Positions 14,313-43,074 of a stretch of 64,000 nucleotides of DNA are shown piece after piece (position 1 is the first letter of the stretch; each line of letters starts with the position of its first letter). The position numbers and the translations under genes are program-made. This DNA is from Chrysomallon squamiferum (Eukaryota > Animalia > Mollusca). The notes below the pieces were generated by a model that worked only from the letters and a program-made list of their open reading frames with translations, had not been told where the DNA came from and did not search any database. The stretch covers positions 5,394,001-5,458,000 of the forward strand of contig CM022668.1 of the NCBI GenBank assembly GCA_012295275.1. The letters run 5' to 3'.

Positions 14313-14700
14313 TAATAATAATAATGATAATTATAAATATAATGATATGATGATAATGATGATGATTATTATACACACTTTTCTTTATTTCTGTAAGTTA
14401 TGCATGTACATACAGATAAGTAGCGAGAGAAACAGAGATAGGAAGAGAAAGGGGTGTTAGTAGTAGTACTTGTAGTTTACTAGTAGTAGCAGCAGTAATT
14501 ACTGAAGTAGAAACAGTAGTTATAAGTAGTTACCTAATGTAAAAAGTCTATAGTAGCTACAGTAGTAGTGGTAATGGTACGATTATTTAGTTGTTGTGAT
14601 AATAAAAATAACAATGGTAGTGGTAGTAGTAGTGATTGCGGTTTAGATAGATGTTAATAGGGGTAGTAGTACCAGAAGCTGTATAAGTATTGCGTGTGTT

Positions 14701-14741
<41 letters not shown>

Positions 14742-15970
14742 TACTGAGTGGTGGTTATGGATTAATTGATATATTATAACACTATGTAAATATAAAACAA
14801 AAAGCTAAAATATTGGTTTTACTTTATTTCATTTCTTTTTTTACATTTATTTTACATATTCCAGTTTTGGATAATTAACTGCATTTATACTTCGGATTAA
14901 ATTTAATTTTAGGAAACATTAGATTGGAGTTACTTCCTTCCGTTTTAGTCTTGATAGTCGTTCAAAAGATTGACTTAAGAAAATTAGAAATAAATAAATA
15001 AATAAACAAAAAAATAAAAATAAATAAATAAATTATATAAATATAATAAGTTAAAAATATATAAATAAAATAACAGGGCTTCAGAGGCAGTTTGTGATAC
15101 TCAAGATCTCCGTTTTTTCGTTCCTCTTGTTTGAAGACTAGGAACATTTTAATAACAACAACAATAATAAGAAGAAGAATAAACAAGTAAGAAATAAGTA
15201 AGAAAACTATAGAAATTAAATTTAAAAAAGGAAAGAAAGAGAAACAGTGGTCTGTAATAAGTTGCTGATTTATTTATTTATTTATTTATTTATTATAATA
15301 AATTTTATATCCATCTGTCTGTTTACCTCATGTAAGTGAAAGTAAATTACGTAGATTTTATTGTTGTTTTGTTCCAGAATCATACGACACCATTACACAT
15401 TCTTAACAATGGAAAGTACTCAATACATAAATTTACAACTATAATTATTAGTAGTAACGTGTGAATCAGGTACAACAAAAATGTTTTTCTTTGTTTTCGT
15501 AACGTTTGTTTAACGTTTCAGTCTAATATAATCTAGAAGTTGTTGGAAAATCACGAAACGCTGAGGCATGAATTCGCGGAAAACCTTTAATTTATTTAGA
15601 ATATTTACTATCTAGTTTGTCTAATCTGTAACCTACAACCGACATGAACCGCTAATAGAACGGACAACCATTATAAAAACATTTAAAAAATATAAAAAGA
15701 AAAAGAAAAAAACATACATTTTTAATTAAAAAAAATGGTTAATGGTCTGTATTCACTATAAATAAACACTTTTCAGCTAACAATACAGTCACGAGTAATG
15801 CGCCATGAACTGCACATGCTTATCTCTGCGCTATGGTGCTGTTCGATTGTTGCAAACCGGTTTTTATTTCTCATTGTTTCTCTTTATTTTCTCGTATTAT
15901 CCCAGGTAATCATCTACAACCGGTTTTGGTTTTGTAGAATGTTGACAAAAATGAACACGGCCTTTATAAA

Positions 15971-15981
15971 GGGGAAATCCC
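15971..15981 (+). promoter_or_regulatory. Candidate NF-kB site upstream of copy B
   Basis: GGGGAAATCCC fits the GGGRNWYYCC consensus. It lies just upstream of a conserved splice donor (GGTAG/gtaaat at 16065/16066). Confidence 0.45.
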
Positions 15982-16409
15982 TTGTGGGAATGTTCTGAGG
16001 GAAATTATAAATATAACTGATGTTAGGACAGAATATTTATTCTTGCCACTACTGTGGACAGGTAGGTAAATGTTTGATAGTCTAATATAATCAGTTATTG
16101 TAACAGCTTTACGTCGTTTTGATTTTAATGAGTTAGTCATTGAACAGAAACATCGTAAAACGAAATGAAATAGTATTATAGTTTTTTCCATCGTTTTTTA
16201 AATATTTTTAACTTAAAAATTTAATTGTTTTAGAAGTCAGTGAGATAAAACAACAGTTTTCACTTTTGATTATTCATAACTAATATACGTAGTTCACTAT
16301 TACTAATAAATACTTTTGAAACAAATATTTTAAAATAAAATTAATTACTCAATACTGTTTTCATAGATAGGTTTCAACAAATAACTTGATTATTTATGGT
16401 TATAACAAA

Positions 16410-16440
16410 GAATCCTCAACCAACACAAAGTCCTTCGGAA
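16410..16440 (+). pseudogene. 3-prime stub of the DED exon in copy B (DED-coding part deleted)
   Basis: GAATCCTCAACCAACACAAAGTCC matches 46707-46730. The downstream intron is homologous to 46760-47610, but no DED-coding sequence precedes the stub. Confidence 0.8.
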
Positions 16441-17274
16441 TTGGGAAAAAAAAATAAATAAATAAATTCCTAAATGACACAAGAATCATAAAACTGAGAA
16501 TTAATTTGTATTGTAACTATATTTTGAATTTTTTTTTTTTTTTAATGTAGAAATAATCCTGTAAAAGTGTAAATGATCAGATTTCATCATCGTTTCTGTA
16601 ATTTATTCCTTGAATCAAGGATTTCCAAGTTTTAACTTATCTCATTAGTTCTATTTATTAATGCCTTTAAGAATTTCAATATTACTAATAAACAAAATAA
16701 TACCACAATAAAATGGAAAATGTCAGCATCTGTAATTACTCAGCCTGATTTTTTTTATTCAAATACTATATTATTAGCAAACATTTATCACAATAAACTA
16801 ATAAAATTAATAATTTATAAATATGCATACAAAATGTATTTACACTTTTTGTCCGCATTTCAAAATATTCACTTTAAATTGAAATGCTTAATTTTACTTC
16901 CTTGTATTAATTAAATTTTTTATATTCATTTTAATTTTTTCCTCAGTTTGCTGTTGAAATTTGTAGATCTGTATTTAAGTGGTGATTCACTGGTTCCATT
17001 TCTGAATTAATACGGTTATATCGTTTTGACATACAATGTTTTCACTTACAAAGATAATGGATTATCTTTTGTATTCTACTTTTTCTATTTGTCTGTTTAT
17101 TTATTACATTTTGTTCATTATTCATTCATTCATTGATTCATTCATCATCATTATAATTATCATCATTGTCTCTTATTATTATTATTATTATTATCACATC
17201 TGTTTATTTGTGTTAAATTTTCTTAATTTTTAATTATTATTTCATTCATTTTTCATATTTTCATTTTTTTTCAG

Positions 17275-17396
17275 CTATACCTGATACACTAATCCGTGAC
17301 ATATTCCTGACTTAACATTACAAAATTTGAGTCATTCACCTCACGAGGCAATAAAGGCACTGGCACTGGAAACCATGTTTGGAATACAGCCACAAG
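17275..17396 (+). pseudogene. Shortened relic of the death-domain exon in copy B, with retained splice sites and an in-frame ATG
   Basis: Starts CTATACCTGATAC like 47614. It is 122 nt versus 276 nt, and an approximately 52-nt deletion brings in a TAA. Acceptor and gtaatg donor are intact. ACCATG at 17375 gives MFGIQPQ in phase 1. Confidence 0.75.
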
Positions 17397-17668
17397 GTAA
17401 TGTTTTAGTTTGAAGTAAATCAGCTCTCTGAAAACACAAAACAGTTGGCAAATATTCTAGAGTTCAGAGAGTGAAAAGTTTAAGCTATTTCAGTGTCATT
17501 ATCATTATCCCTAAAGATTTTATCACAAACTTTCATTCACCAGTGTTAAAATTCCTTTATGATTTTATGTCACTAGTTACATTTCATATATGCGTGTGTG
17601 TGTGATTTTTATTTATGTCTAATGTTCTGTCTGCTGTTTTTATTTTTTATGAATAATTTTGGTTTCAG

Positions 17669-32964
<15,296 letters not shown>

Positions 32965-33430
32965 GTAATTATACATTTTATTAATTTTTCATTGCTTTTA
33001 GAGATATTTGTTTTTCTAATAATGAAGTACAGAATAAGAACATATTTTAGACATGTAATATTGCCAGTCAACAGGACTTCAATTTAATAATAAAGGTCAT
33101 TTATTTCTGGTACCTTTTCCATATGGCTTGAAGAAAAAAATAAATGTGACCTTAGATCTGGTACCATCTTGTATTTTATTTCTATTTTTTGAAAGAACAA
33201 GAAATGATTCACCTGCATAGTTCTACTCTTTGTTATTTTATCATTTTACGTTATTATTAGCAAATAATTGATATCGGAAAACAAATAAAGAAATCAGATT
33301 AAGCTGCATATATTTTAATTTTATAGCACAACTTACTTTGAGTTGTGTTACTTATTTATTAATTTTTACTTTGAGTTGTGTTACTTATTTATTAATTTTT
33401 AATTTTTCGTTATTTATTGAAAAACACCAG

Positions 33431-36400
33431 CAAATCAGAATCCATATGTCGTACAGCAGTTAGAAAGAACTGATGTAGATCAGGGTCCAGTCCCCTACTA
33501 CAAAATGGATGCTAATCCTCGAGGTATATTTTCAAATAAATATTTTACTAATTTGGGATCAGCAGGAAGAGGCCTCTTTAGTAACAGTATTAGATTTGGT
33601 ACAAACAATATAGGTGAGAGGTATATGTCACACAAGCATATTCATTCATCTTTTTTTATGCCTTTGTGATTTGTTTGGTGCTGTTTATGTTTAACTATTT
33701 CACTCTCTGAAAAAAAGAGTTAAAATGAAAAAAAATATATGAAAAAGGATTGAAATTACGAATAATTAGGAAAAGTTAATAAATAAACAAAAATAATAAT
33801 AATAAGATAATGATGATGAATGAATGAGGAAACAACAAAATGTAGTAAATAAATAGACAAATAGAAAATGGGAGAAATAAAGAAAATTGCTGATTTTTGA
33901 AGTAGAATGTTCCTTGTAAGTGAAAACATTGTTTAAAAAGTAACAAAGTCACAAATATCTTCATTATTTGAAGAAAAAAATGTCCAAAAGCTACGAGAAA
34001 TTTATGACTAATTTGGGATCAGCAGGGAGAGGTCTCTTTAATAACAGTATTAGATTTGGTACAAGCAATATAGGTGAGAGGTACATGTCACACAAGCATA
34101 TTCATTCATTTTTTTTTATGCCTTTGTGATTTGTTTGGTGCTGTTTACACAGACCTGTACTGCTAGAAATTTGAATTCCCCAGAGTATAAGTCATGATTC
34201 CCTCCTCTTATTCCACCTAATGTATTCTGATGAGTGATTCTTAAACACAGACAGAGTGTGTTCTCCATTTCATATCACTCATTCTGCCTCTCTGCTTCTC
34301 TCTGTCTACCTCCCTTATATTTATACTTTATATTTCCATTAAATGTATGTTTTTTTTCTTCTGTTTTATTCTAGGAATATGTTTAATAATCAACAATAGA
34401 GATTTTAAGAAGGATTCAGTGAAGCCAGAAGCTAAAATGTTGCCAAATAGAGAGGGAACTGATGTAGATGCAGGTAACTTTTACTTTGAAAGAGAATAGC
34501 AGTAACAACAACAACAACAATAGTAATAATAAAAATAACAGCATCAGTAACAATAACAGTAATAATAATATTGGTAATAAAATTACTTCTAATGACAAAT
34601 AATTATAAGATAGTAATTGTAATAAAAGTAATAATAATGGTAATGAAGGTTTGTTTACATATGGCCAGTATCTTTCTCTCTCTCTTATACATAGTGTTTT
34701 TGAAATGAAATCCATACAATATTTAGATATTTATAGATAGATTTATTCATTTCCATAATTAATTATATCCCATTTTTTCACCTTTCAGAATATGTATAAA
34801 GGAGATCAATGCTCAAACATAATCTATTAAAAAAAAAAATTTTGTTCAAACCCAACATACACATACACACACACATCAATATTACATACCTAGTTTAAAA
34901 ATATGTAAACAAATTTTATTTCTAGATAAGCTGAAAGAAACTTTTGAGAAACTTCAGTTCATCGTCCAATACAGAGAAAATCTGTCTGACACTGACATGG
35001 TTGAGGCTGTAAAGGGCCTGGCTTTCTTTGATCACAGTGACTATGACTGTGTTGTGTGTTGTATTTTGTCACACGGAACTGAAGGTGCAATATACGGAAG
35101 TAATGGTTGTCTTGGAAAGATCAGAGATTTGACTGCACCATTTAGACCTCAGTCATGTCGAACACTGAGTGGGAAACCAAAGTTGTTTTTCATACAGGCT
35201 TGTCAGGGGAAGCAAAGACAAACAGGTATGTATGATAGGCACATTATTATTATTATTCATTGAAGCTATTAAAAATAATTTCTCATGATTATGTTCATGA
35301 ATATCTATTGTATTTAGCCACATACATGTTATTCTGTGGAGCTTAATTATGTGCAAATTGCCATCTCCTTGTTTAATACCTGAGAAAGAATTTTGTTTGG
35401 GGGATGAACAATTTGCTACAAGTCTGACACAAAATTATACTGACATTGTCCACAAATAACCTCTTAAAATGTTTGTGTTTAGTTGCTCTAAAATACTTCA
35501 AACATAATTATAAATATCTATATGGGTTTCGGTATGAGTTTGTATGCAACTAGGATTAATATTTTTAAAATATCAGAACTTGACGTTTTTTTATTTACAG
35601 GACATACGTTACAGACAGATGATGATTCTGACATGGATGCTTCACAGGCAGAAACAATCCCAAATGAAGCAGATTTTCTGTTAGGATATGCCACAGTACC
35701 AGGTTTTGTGTCTTTCAGATCAAAATCAGCTGGAACATTGTACATCACAAAACTGACAGAAACTTTAAATAAATATGCTAAAAAGTAAGTAAATGAATTT
35801 TAGGGTTGTATGAAATTTTAAGAGGAAAATTAGGAATCAGCTTGAAGATTACAACTAATGTATTCTTGCAGAAACGAGATATAATGCAGAAACATGGACA
35901 CTAACTAGACTGACAAAGAACAAACTAACAACCAGACAAACGTAAATGAAAATATGTCTGTTAAACATCACATCATGAGAAAAAAGCAAAAGTTATACCT
36001 ATAACTGATTAGGTTAAAAGCAAGCCACAGCAGCTGAACAACAAAAATGATGATGATGGAATTTTAAAGAAAAACGAACACTTTTTATAACTATATTTAT
36101 TGGAGTTAGTTTCAGTCTTGTGACATGACTGAAATGTTGTTTTGAGGATTATTTTATCAGTGTCAAAAAAAGTATCATCTATCTATTCAGGAAATAGAGA
36201 TATGCAGTTTACAAATTGCTTTTATGATGACTGCTCTTTTGGAAATAAATGGCAGGTTCAAACACCTTTTAGTACTGTTTATGTTTACATATTTTCAACT
36301 GTTGCATATATGAAAACAGTGGTGTGAGATGTTTGGGTACTATTATATGCTGTGACTTTGGTGCTTTTCTTTGTGAACTTGCCTAAGTGCTTTGTATTGA

Positions 36401-36964
36401 ACTTTTGTGATGTCACACCTTGTTAGCTAATATTGTTGGCTGGATAATGATTATTCTAGGCAGAACAAATTGATTAGTATAATAAAAACTGTCCATCAGA
36501 TGATCATAAAATTTTGTAGAATTCATACATATATTATATGTTATACATATATTAGAAACATCTGTTACATATGTCGCTGTGTTTTAGTTGGAATCTGCCA
36601 AGGAATGTTCCTACATTATCATGTTATCTAAAATGTACAAGAAATCATTTTCGTTCTCCTTTCTGATCTTTTCAGAACGTAATAAAAACATAATGTATGT
36701 GGGACATACATACAGATCTATCTTATATATATATATTTAATTTTTTTTTTTTTTTTAGCATTTGTATATGTTACTAGAATATTACTATTTATTACTTTTT
36801 AAAACATTTTTTCATTTTATTTATTTTTCAGAGAGGATGTCTCTAGTTTGCTGCTGTTAGTAAATCATGAAGTATGTAAAGCAAACGCCAAGATGGAGGA
36901 TGGTAGGTACAAGCAGTCACCAGCACTGTTCAGCACTTTGAGGAAGAAGCTGATATTCCGATGA
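33431..36964 (+). CDS. casp8: Caspase-8-like paralogue B, intact catalytic (p20+p10) exons
   Basis: Exons 33431-33523, 34375-34473, 34926-35225, 35601-35784 and 36832-36964, all GT-AG and frame-compatible. Motifs: YKMDANPRGICLIINN, NREGTDVD, CILSHG, GKPKLFFIQACQG, ADFLLGYATVPGFVSFR, KQSP...LRKKLIFR*. Confidence 0.93.
33690..34006 (-). other. Inverted copy of locus intron sequence inserted between 141-bp direct repeats
   Basis: Its reverse complement resembles 48250-48560. The flanks 33547-33687 and 34007-34147 are direct repeats. It is absent from the same intron in copies C, D and E. Confidence 0.8.
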
Positions 36965-39343
36965 AGGACATTTTTTCATTTGTTTTATTTATTTGGAGTT
37001 GATGTTTCAAAAACTCTTGTATAATCATGTTTATGTTTTATATTTTTTCAGTTCTTAAATGTTTACCTAATTAATGTCAGAAAATGGTGATAAATACAAA
37101 AAAACTAAATAGCAGGTGAATGCAAACATTTATGGGCTATTTAGAAACTGTTATATAATTAGGGGTGGTTCCATTATTTTATAAACTAAGACGCTGGGAT
37201 TAACAAACTCAAAAATGGACATTAAAAGTTGCAAAATAAATTGAGAAAGGCTGTTATATAATGGTTTTGTAAGTAGCAGCACGCGTTTTGAACTGGATAT
37301 TTTTGACTGGTGCCCTCCTTGCATTTATTATTCAAACAAAAGAGCTAATATAAAAATACATATATTTTTATTAATTTAAATAAAATATGGTTAATGACAC
37401 TCAAAATAAGAAAAATGAGTCCAACATATTTAATGTGCTACTAAATTCACTGATACTGCTATACACCTATTTTTCCTCCCCTCTGTATATATATATATAT
37501 AGATATATATTATCCATATTGAATTCTTCTTTGTGTTATTGTTCTCTACTGGATACAGAAAAGTCATTTAGTAGTTTAAGCTGTCTCAGATAATTAAGTT
37601 CTTCTCACGTGATGCTATTATAGTCTGCTACCCTTTAGACCGGACGAGCCAAATTTTAGGTTTCAATACCACTCAGACTAGTCACTGTGACAGTATTTTA
37701 GTTTTAAATATTTGCTTATTTTTAAAGGGTTTTTAATATTTTGTTTGTTTGTTTTTGCATAAAAAGTAAAAGAATAAATAAACTCTGTTAACTTTAATGT
37801 TAGTGTTTCCTGTTAAAAATGGACTAACAGACATTTCGTAAATTTTCAAGCGATTCAACTGATTCTTAATTTTGCTTTTTAATATATTTTTTATTTTTTG
37901 CTGTTTTTGCATGAAAGATGAAAACACTAAATGCATTCAGTAAATGTTAATCGTATTGTTTCTTGTTAAATTGGATAAACAAACATCTAGTACATTTTCA
38001 AGTGATTGCTTTGTTTGTTAAGAAATACAGAATAATGAAAATTACATAGATATTCAAAATAACTGATTCTTATTTTATTGTGTAGTAAAGTTGCTAATTT
38101 GTTTAGAGAAATATAAAAAGTGTACATTTGATCTGTTTGAAAATAGTATCTAGTTTCTTGATTGTTTATCCACATCAGTAATGATATATACACTACACAT
38201 ACAAAAGCTGAAATAAATAAATACTTTATCAAATAATAACAGAAGGTTAACATTTTAATGTTTTATTTTTCTCAGCTGTATACAAATTCAAAAGCAACTC
38301 AAAAATACACAAAGTAAAAGTCAACAGTTATTCCCCCTTATACAATAATATCTACTGCTAAATTTATCACGTACCAACAAAATGCACACCTATATACTAT
38401 TGCAATTATGAATTTGCTTTCATTTATTACTTCTGTTTGTTTTTGTGTTGCTCTTTCTATTACACCAATCAACTCACAAAGCTAAAACAGTTTAATAAAC
38501 ATTCATGCATTCATTTTGAATTTCGTGATGCAATTTCTTTTAACAATGGTTTAATTAAATCAGCTTATTTTATTTGCATTCACACTAACATAAATTAATA
38601 TGTAACAAGCATTAACGAGTTCACTTTGATTTTCTTTACATTTGGTTTAAAATGATGTTTTATTTAAATCAGTCTATTTAATTTGCATTCAAACTAACTT
38701 AAACCAGTTAGACATATTTTCTTGTGAGTGTCTAGTTTCAAACTGAATACTTTTAGATATATAACTGATGATTTTGATGTGGTGAAGTTAATTTTGTTAT
38801 CACAGTGCCACAATTTAAAACACTTCATTTGTATTACTCTTTTGTTTATTACATAAATCCAGCATTTGTTTATTAAATTACTATTATTAATATTTTTACA
38901 CTATTTTAAGATAAGAAGCAATTTTCCAAGTTATAGATTATTTTAGACATTTTATGTACAGTAGAATATTTTGGAAACCAAGCTTTCACCAGTGGCTCTA
39001 TTTGAATTATTTTTGTTGCTTCTTATTAGTATTTTTAACAGATCAGATTTAATTGTCTTTTTTAATTCATATTAAACAAAAGAAGAAGAACAACAAAGCA
39101 ATGGCCATTGTCTTAGAATCATAAAAATTCAAACAGCTGAAGGAATGCAGATATTAATAAAACCAGTAAAATTAGGCAGTTACCAGCTTTTTAAATAAGA
39201 AGAATCTGCCGTCTGCCACTTTTTTCTTCTGTCTGCCACGGATTTAGTTCTTCTGATTATGACACATACACACACACACACACACACCACGCTGACACAT
39301 ATACCTTCATATACATTTTCCTGTGGTTTAACATGTATGTATG

Positions 39344-39471
<128 letters not shown>

Positions 39472-41099
39472 GAAAATTCTTTGCCAGCTGGATTTAGAAT
39501 CACGTGGTTAAAATCTGTTATTTTCTATAGTTGTTAATTCTGAATATATCTGTTTTCTAAGCATTTAAAACATACTAAAGACAGTTCATTGTGATCCTAC
39601 AGCAGATAATATCTTCTGTATTAACACCTGCAAAATGCAGCAACGTTCAATATAATACTAACAAATACTGAAATTTTAACAATATGTCATATAGTAAAAG
39701 TATGTTTATTTTTTTTATTATATATATATATTTTTACAATAAAATAAGTTTTTGGATTTCATATAAACATCAGGACAGCGAAAACCCCCAGGAAAACGAG
39801 GAAATCAAATAATACACCAATACACATATAAATTAATACATATTTTTATCTTAATTAACATTATGCAATAAAGTAAATTAAACAGGTCTTCACGAGAACT
39901 GTTTAGTAACTGTAGTTAACTGAAACAAACTGATAACATAACTGACCCCTCTGCCATACATGATTGACAGCTGGTATTGACCAATGACTAACGAGCATGC
40001 GTGCATCATCATTTGTCGGCCATTAAACAAACAGGTAGTTGGACAACAATGAATCGTTTGTGTTATTCAACGCGTGCGGAAGCCTAACCACAGTCGTAGT
40101 AAAGAGATGTGTAACAGCGATGAGCTATCCAGAACGAATAGTTGTGTAAAATTCGTGTCTTTTCCAAAGCAAAAAGCAACTTTATAAAAGCCTGAAATCT
40201 ATTACTTTATACGGAAGGCCACAGGAACACCTAAATCCATTTTATTAGTAATATAAATTTGCCCTTTTGATATTTGAAGACACAGTAAATGTTTTGATAT
40301 TAAACTGATTCCAAGTGCATAATGAGATGTCACTTTACATACAGTTCACTGTACAATAAAAACAATTTATATATACTTTTCTGACATAAAGTATATATAT
40401 TTTTTTCTACATATAAGAAAAAATAGAATTATTTAATTTCATGCAACACACAGTACTAAAATTATAAATGAAATTTAAGACAAGTAATAAAATATTTATT
40501 TATTTATTTATTTATTTATTTTTTTGGTAAAATAAGTTTGTGAATAAACAGCTGTTAAAATTTAATTAAAATAACTGTTACCACTTTTTTATTGGAATAA
40601 AAAATGTAAGAAAAAAAGAAAAAAGAGAAAAGAAATAAGACAAAAAGAGAAGATAATAAAAAGGAAAAGAGAAATAGGAAATCAAAACTTTTGAATAATT
40701 CATACAGTATTAACGTCTGTCATTGTTTTCATGCATGGAAATTTTAAGTTTTTTAAATTTTCTGCCGTTTAAAACAAAAGTTAAATCTATTCAACTGGAG
40801 ATGTACTAATTCAGTTACTGAATGAGAAAAGTATATCACTTAGTTATTATACCCGTTGTGTATATTTACAATAAATATCTCATTAAAATAAGCAAACTGC
40901 ACTTGACTTGTTGAAACGGATTAATGTACAAGGAAGAAAGATTATTACTTTATTTTTATTATTTTGAATTTGATCACCGTGAATAAACACAATGTAAAAA
41001 GTATTAAAACTAGATTAAATGAACAAACATATTTATTTTATCTGTTGGCTTTATTTTAAAGAAATAAAAACAAATCTACAAAATTTGATTTATATAACA

Positions 41100-41137
<38 letters not shown>

Positions 41138-42001
41138 CAATCACATACTGTTTTCATAACTGCTTTTCTCAAAGACCTAATATAATTATTTCAACATTAA
41201 ACTTTATCATGGATAAACATTTACACAAGAATAAAATCTAAGAAAAACAGAAAACATCTGATAAAAAAAAAGTAAATCCCCCCCAAAAATCAGAGAAAAG
41301 TAACAAAGGCAGAATCTGGACTGTAATGTTCAGCTATAAGTTTGTATAAGCAGAAATTGTTTTACTTCTGATGCTGTTAACTCTGTATTTTTGTTATTAC
41401 TATTATTATTACTATTATTATTATATATATATGTATTATTGTTTATTTTTTAAATCAAAGCCCAATTTATTTCAAAGTGTGAAATACTTTGTTACATTTT
41501 TAATTAACAAGGAAAAGAGAAGAAAAGAAATCAGATTCTCTTATTTGGTCAACTAGGTTAAATATTTATAAACAGAATATAAAACATAAAGTTTTTATTG
41601 TTCAAAAAAAAAGAGAAAGAATTACCACTTTGGATCCAAGTTTGTAATAGAAAATATATATATATATATATATATAGAAAAAAATAAAAAAAATAAAACT
41701 CATAATAAACCAGGGAGTATGTGTCCATTAGTTCAACTATGTTTATGGAGTTAATTTATTAAACAAAAGTCGAAACATCAGGAAGATTAATTAAATAAAT
41801 AAATAAAAAAGAAAGAACGGAAGAAAAACAACAAAAAATGAATGAACGTACAAACAAATAATAATATAATAAATATTAAACAAACAAGAACGCGAACAAG
41901 TAAATAAATAATATAAGGAATAATCAACCATCCAGCTAACCAACCAAACAAATAAATAACATAAATAATGTTAATAAAATATAGATAAAGAAAATACTCA
42001 C

Positions 42002-42053
42002 CAGCTTCGGTCATCAAAAGAAATAAAAACACAGGAAGAAACATAGCATCCAT
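42002..42053 (-). CDS. Signal-peptide first coding exon of an unidentified minus-strand gene (copy 2)
   Basis: Same splice sites and identical peptide as 13441-13492. The two coding differences (GCC/GCT, CTG/CTT) are synonymous. Confidence 0.6.
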
Positions 42054-42166
42054 GACTTTTCTAAAATAAAACAATAAAACCAAAAACTGGGGAGGGGAAA
42101 AAATGAAAAGTGTGTTGTATTATTACTATTATCATCATTATCATTATTATTATCATTATCGTTATC

Positions 42167-42211
<45 letters not shown>

Positions 42212-42246
42212 TAATGAGCGGTTGATATGGACTAATTTATGGATTA

Positions 42247-42286
<40 letters not shown>

Positions 42287-42652
42287 GCTAAAATCTTTGT
42301 TTCATTTTATTTCATTTTATTTATTTATTTTACCTATTCCAGTCATGTATAATTAATTGCATTTAAACTTCGGATCAAATGTAATTTCAGGACATTTAGA
42401 TTGGAGTTATTTCCCGTTCGTTTTATTCTCAATAGTTAAAAAGATTGGATTTAGATACTTACAAACAAACAAACAAACAAACAAACAAATAAGCAAATAA
42501 ATAAATAGTGAATTATATATATAAAAATAATAAAAATTAAAAAATATATAAATAAAATAACAGGGCTTCGGAGGGAGTTTGTGTTACGCAAGATCTACTT
42601 TTTTTCGTACCTCTTGTTTGAAGAGTCGGAAAAGTTTTAATAATAATAATAA

Positions 42653-42683
<31 letters not shown>

Positions 42684-43015
42684 CAAGAAAAAAAAAAAAT
42701 ATAAAAGAATTAAATTTAAAAAGTAAAGAAAAAGAAACAGTGGCTCTGAAGTAAATTGTTGATTTTATTATTTATTTTTTTATTATAGTTTATCTCTCTC
42801 TCTCTTTCAATACATAAATTACCAACTGTAATTATTAGTAGTAATGTATGTATATCAGGTACAACAAAAATGTTGTTGTTTTCGTAACCTTTGTTGAACT
42901 TTTTTTATTTTGTTAATGATCTGTATTCAAGCTAACAGTACGCGTCATCAATTACTTTCTTTACGCTACGGTGCTGTTGGAATGTTGAAACCGATTTGAC
43001 CTCCGACTTAAGAAA

Positions 43016-43074
43016 GGGGAATACCCTTGTGTGACTTCGGCCTTGAGAAAGGGGAATACCCTTGTGGGACTTCC
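43016..43074 (+). promoter_or_regulatory. Cluster of candidate NF-kB-like sites upstream of copy C
   Basis: GGGGAATACCC twice (43016-43026 and 43051-43061, a 35-bp tandem duplication) and GGGACTTCC (43066-43074). Homologous position to 15971 and 61670. Confidence 0.45.

Larger units (their letters stand above)
11960..16360 (+). repeat. Segmental duplication unit (upstream region of copy B), homologous to about 39860-43440 and 44750-45560 upstream of copy C
   Basis: Collinear shared blocks seen by eye: 12000-12520 vs 39880-40400, 12900-13330 vs 40810-41240, 13340-13620 vs 41890-42180, 15370-15680 vs 45100-45380, 15960-16360 vs 43010-43435. Confidence 0.85.
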
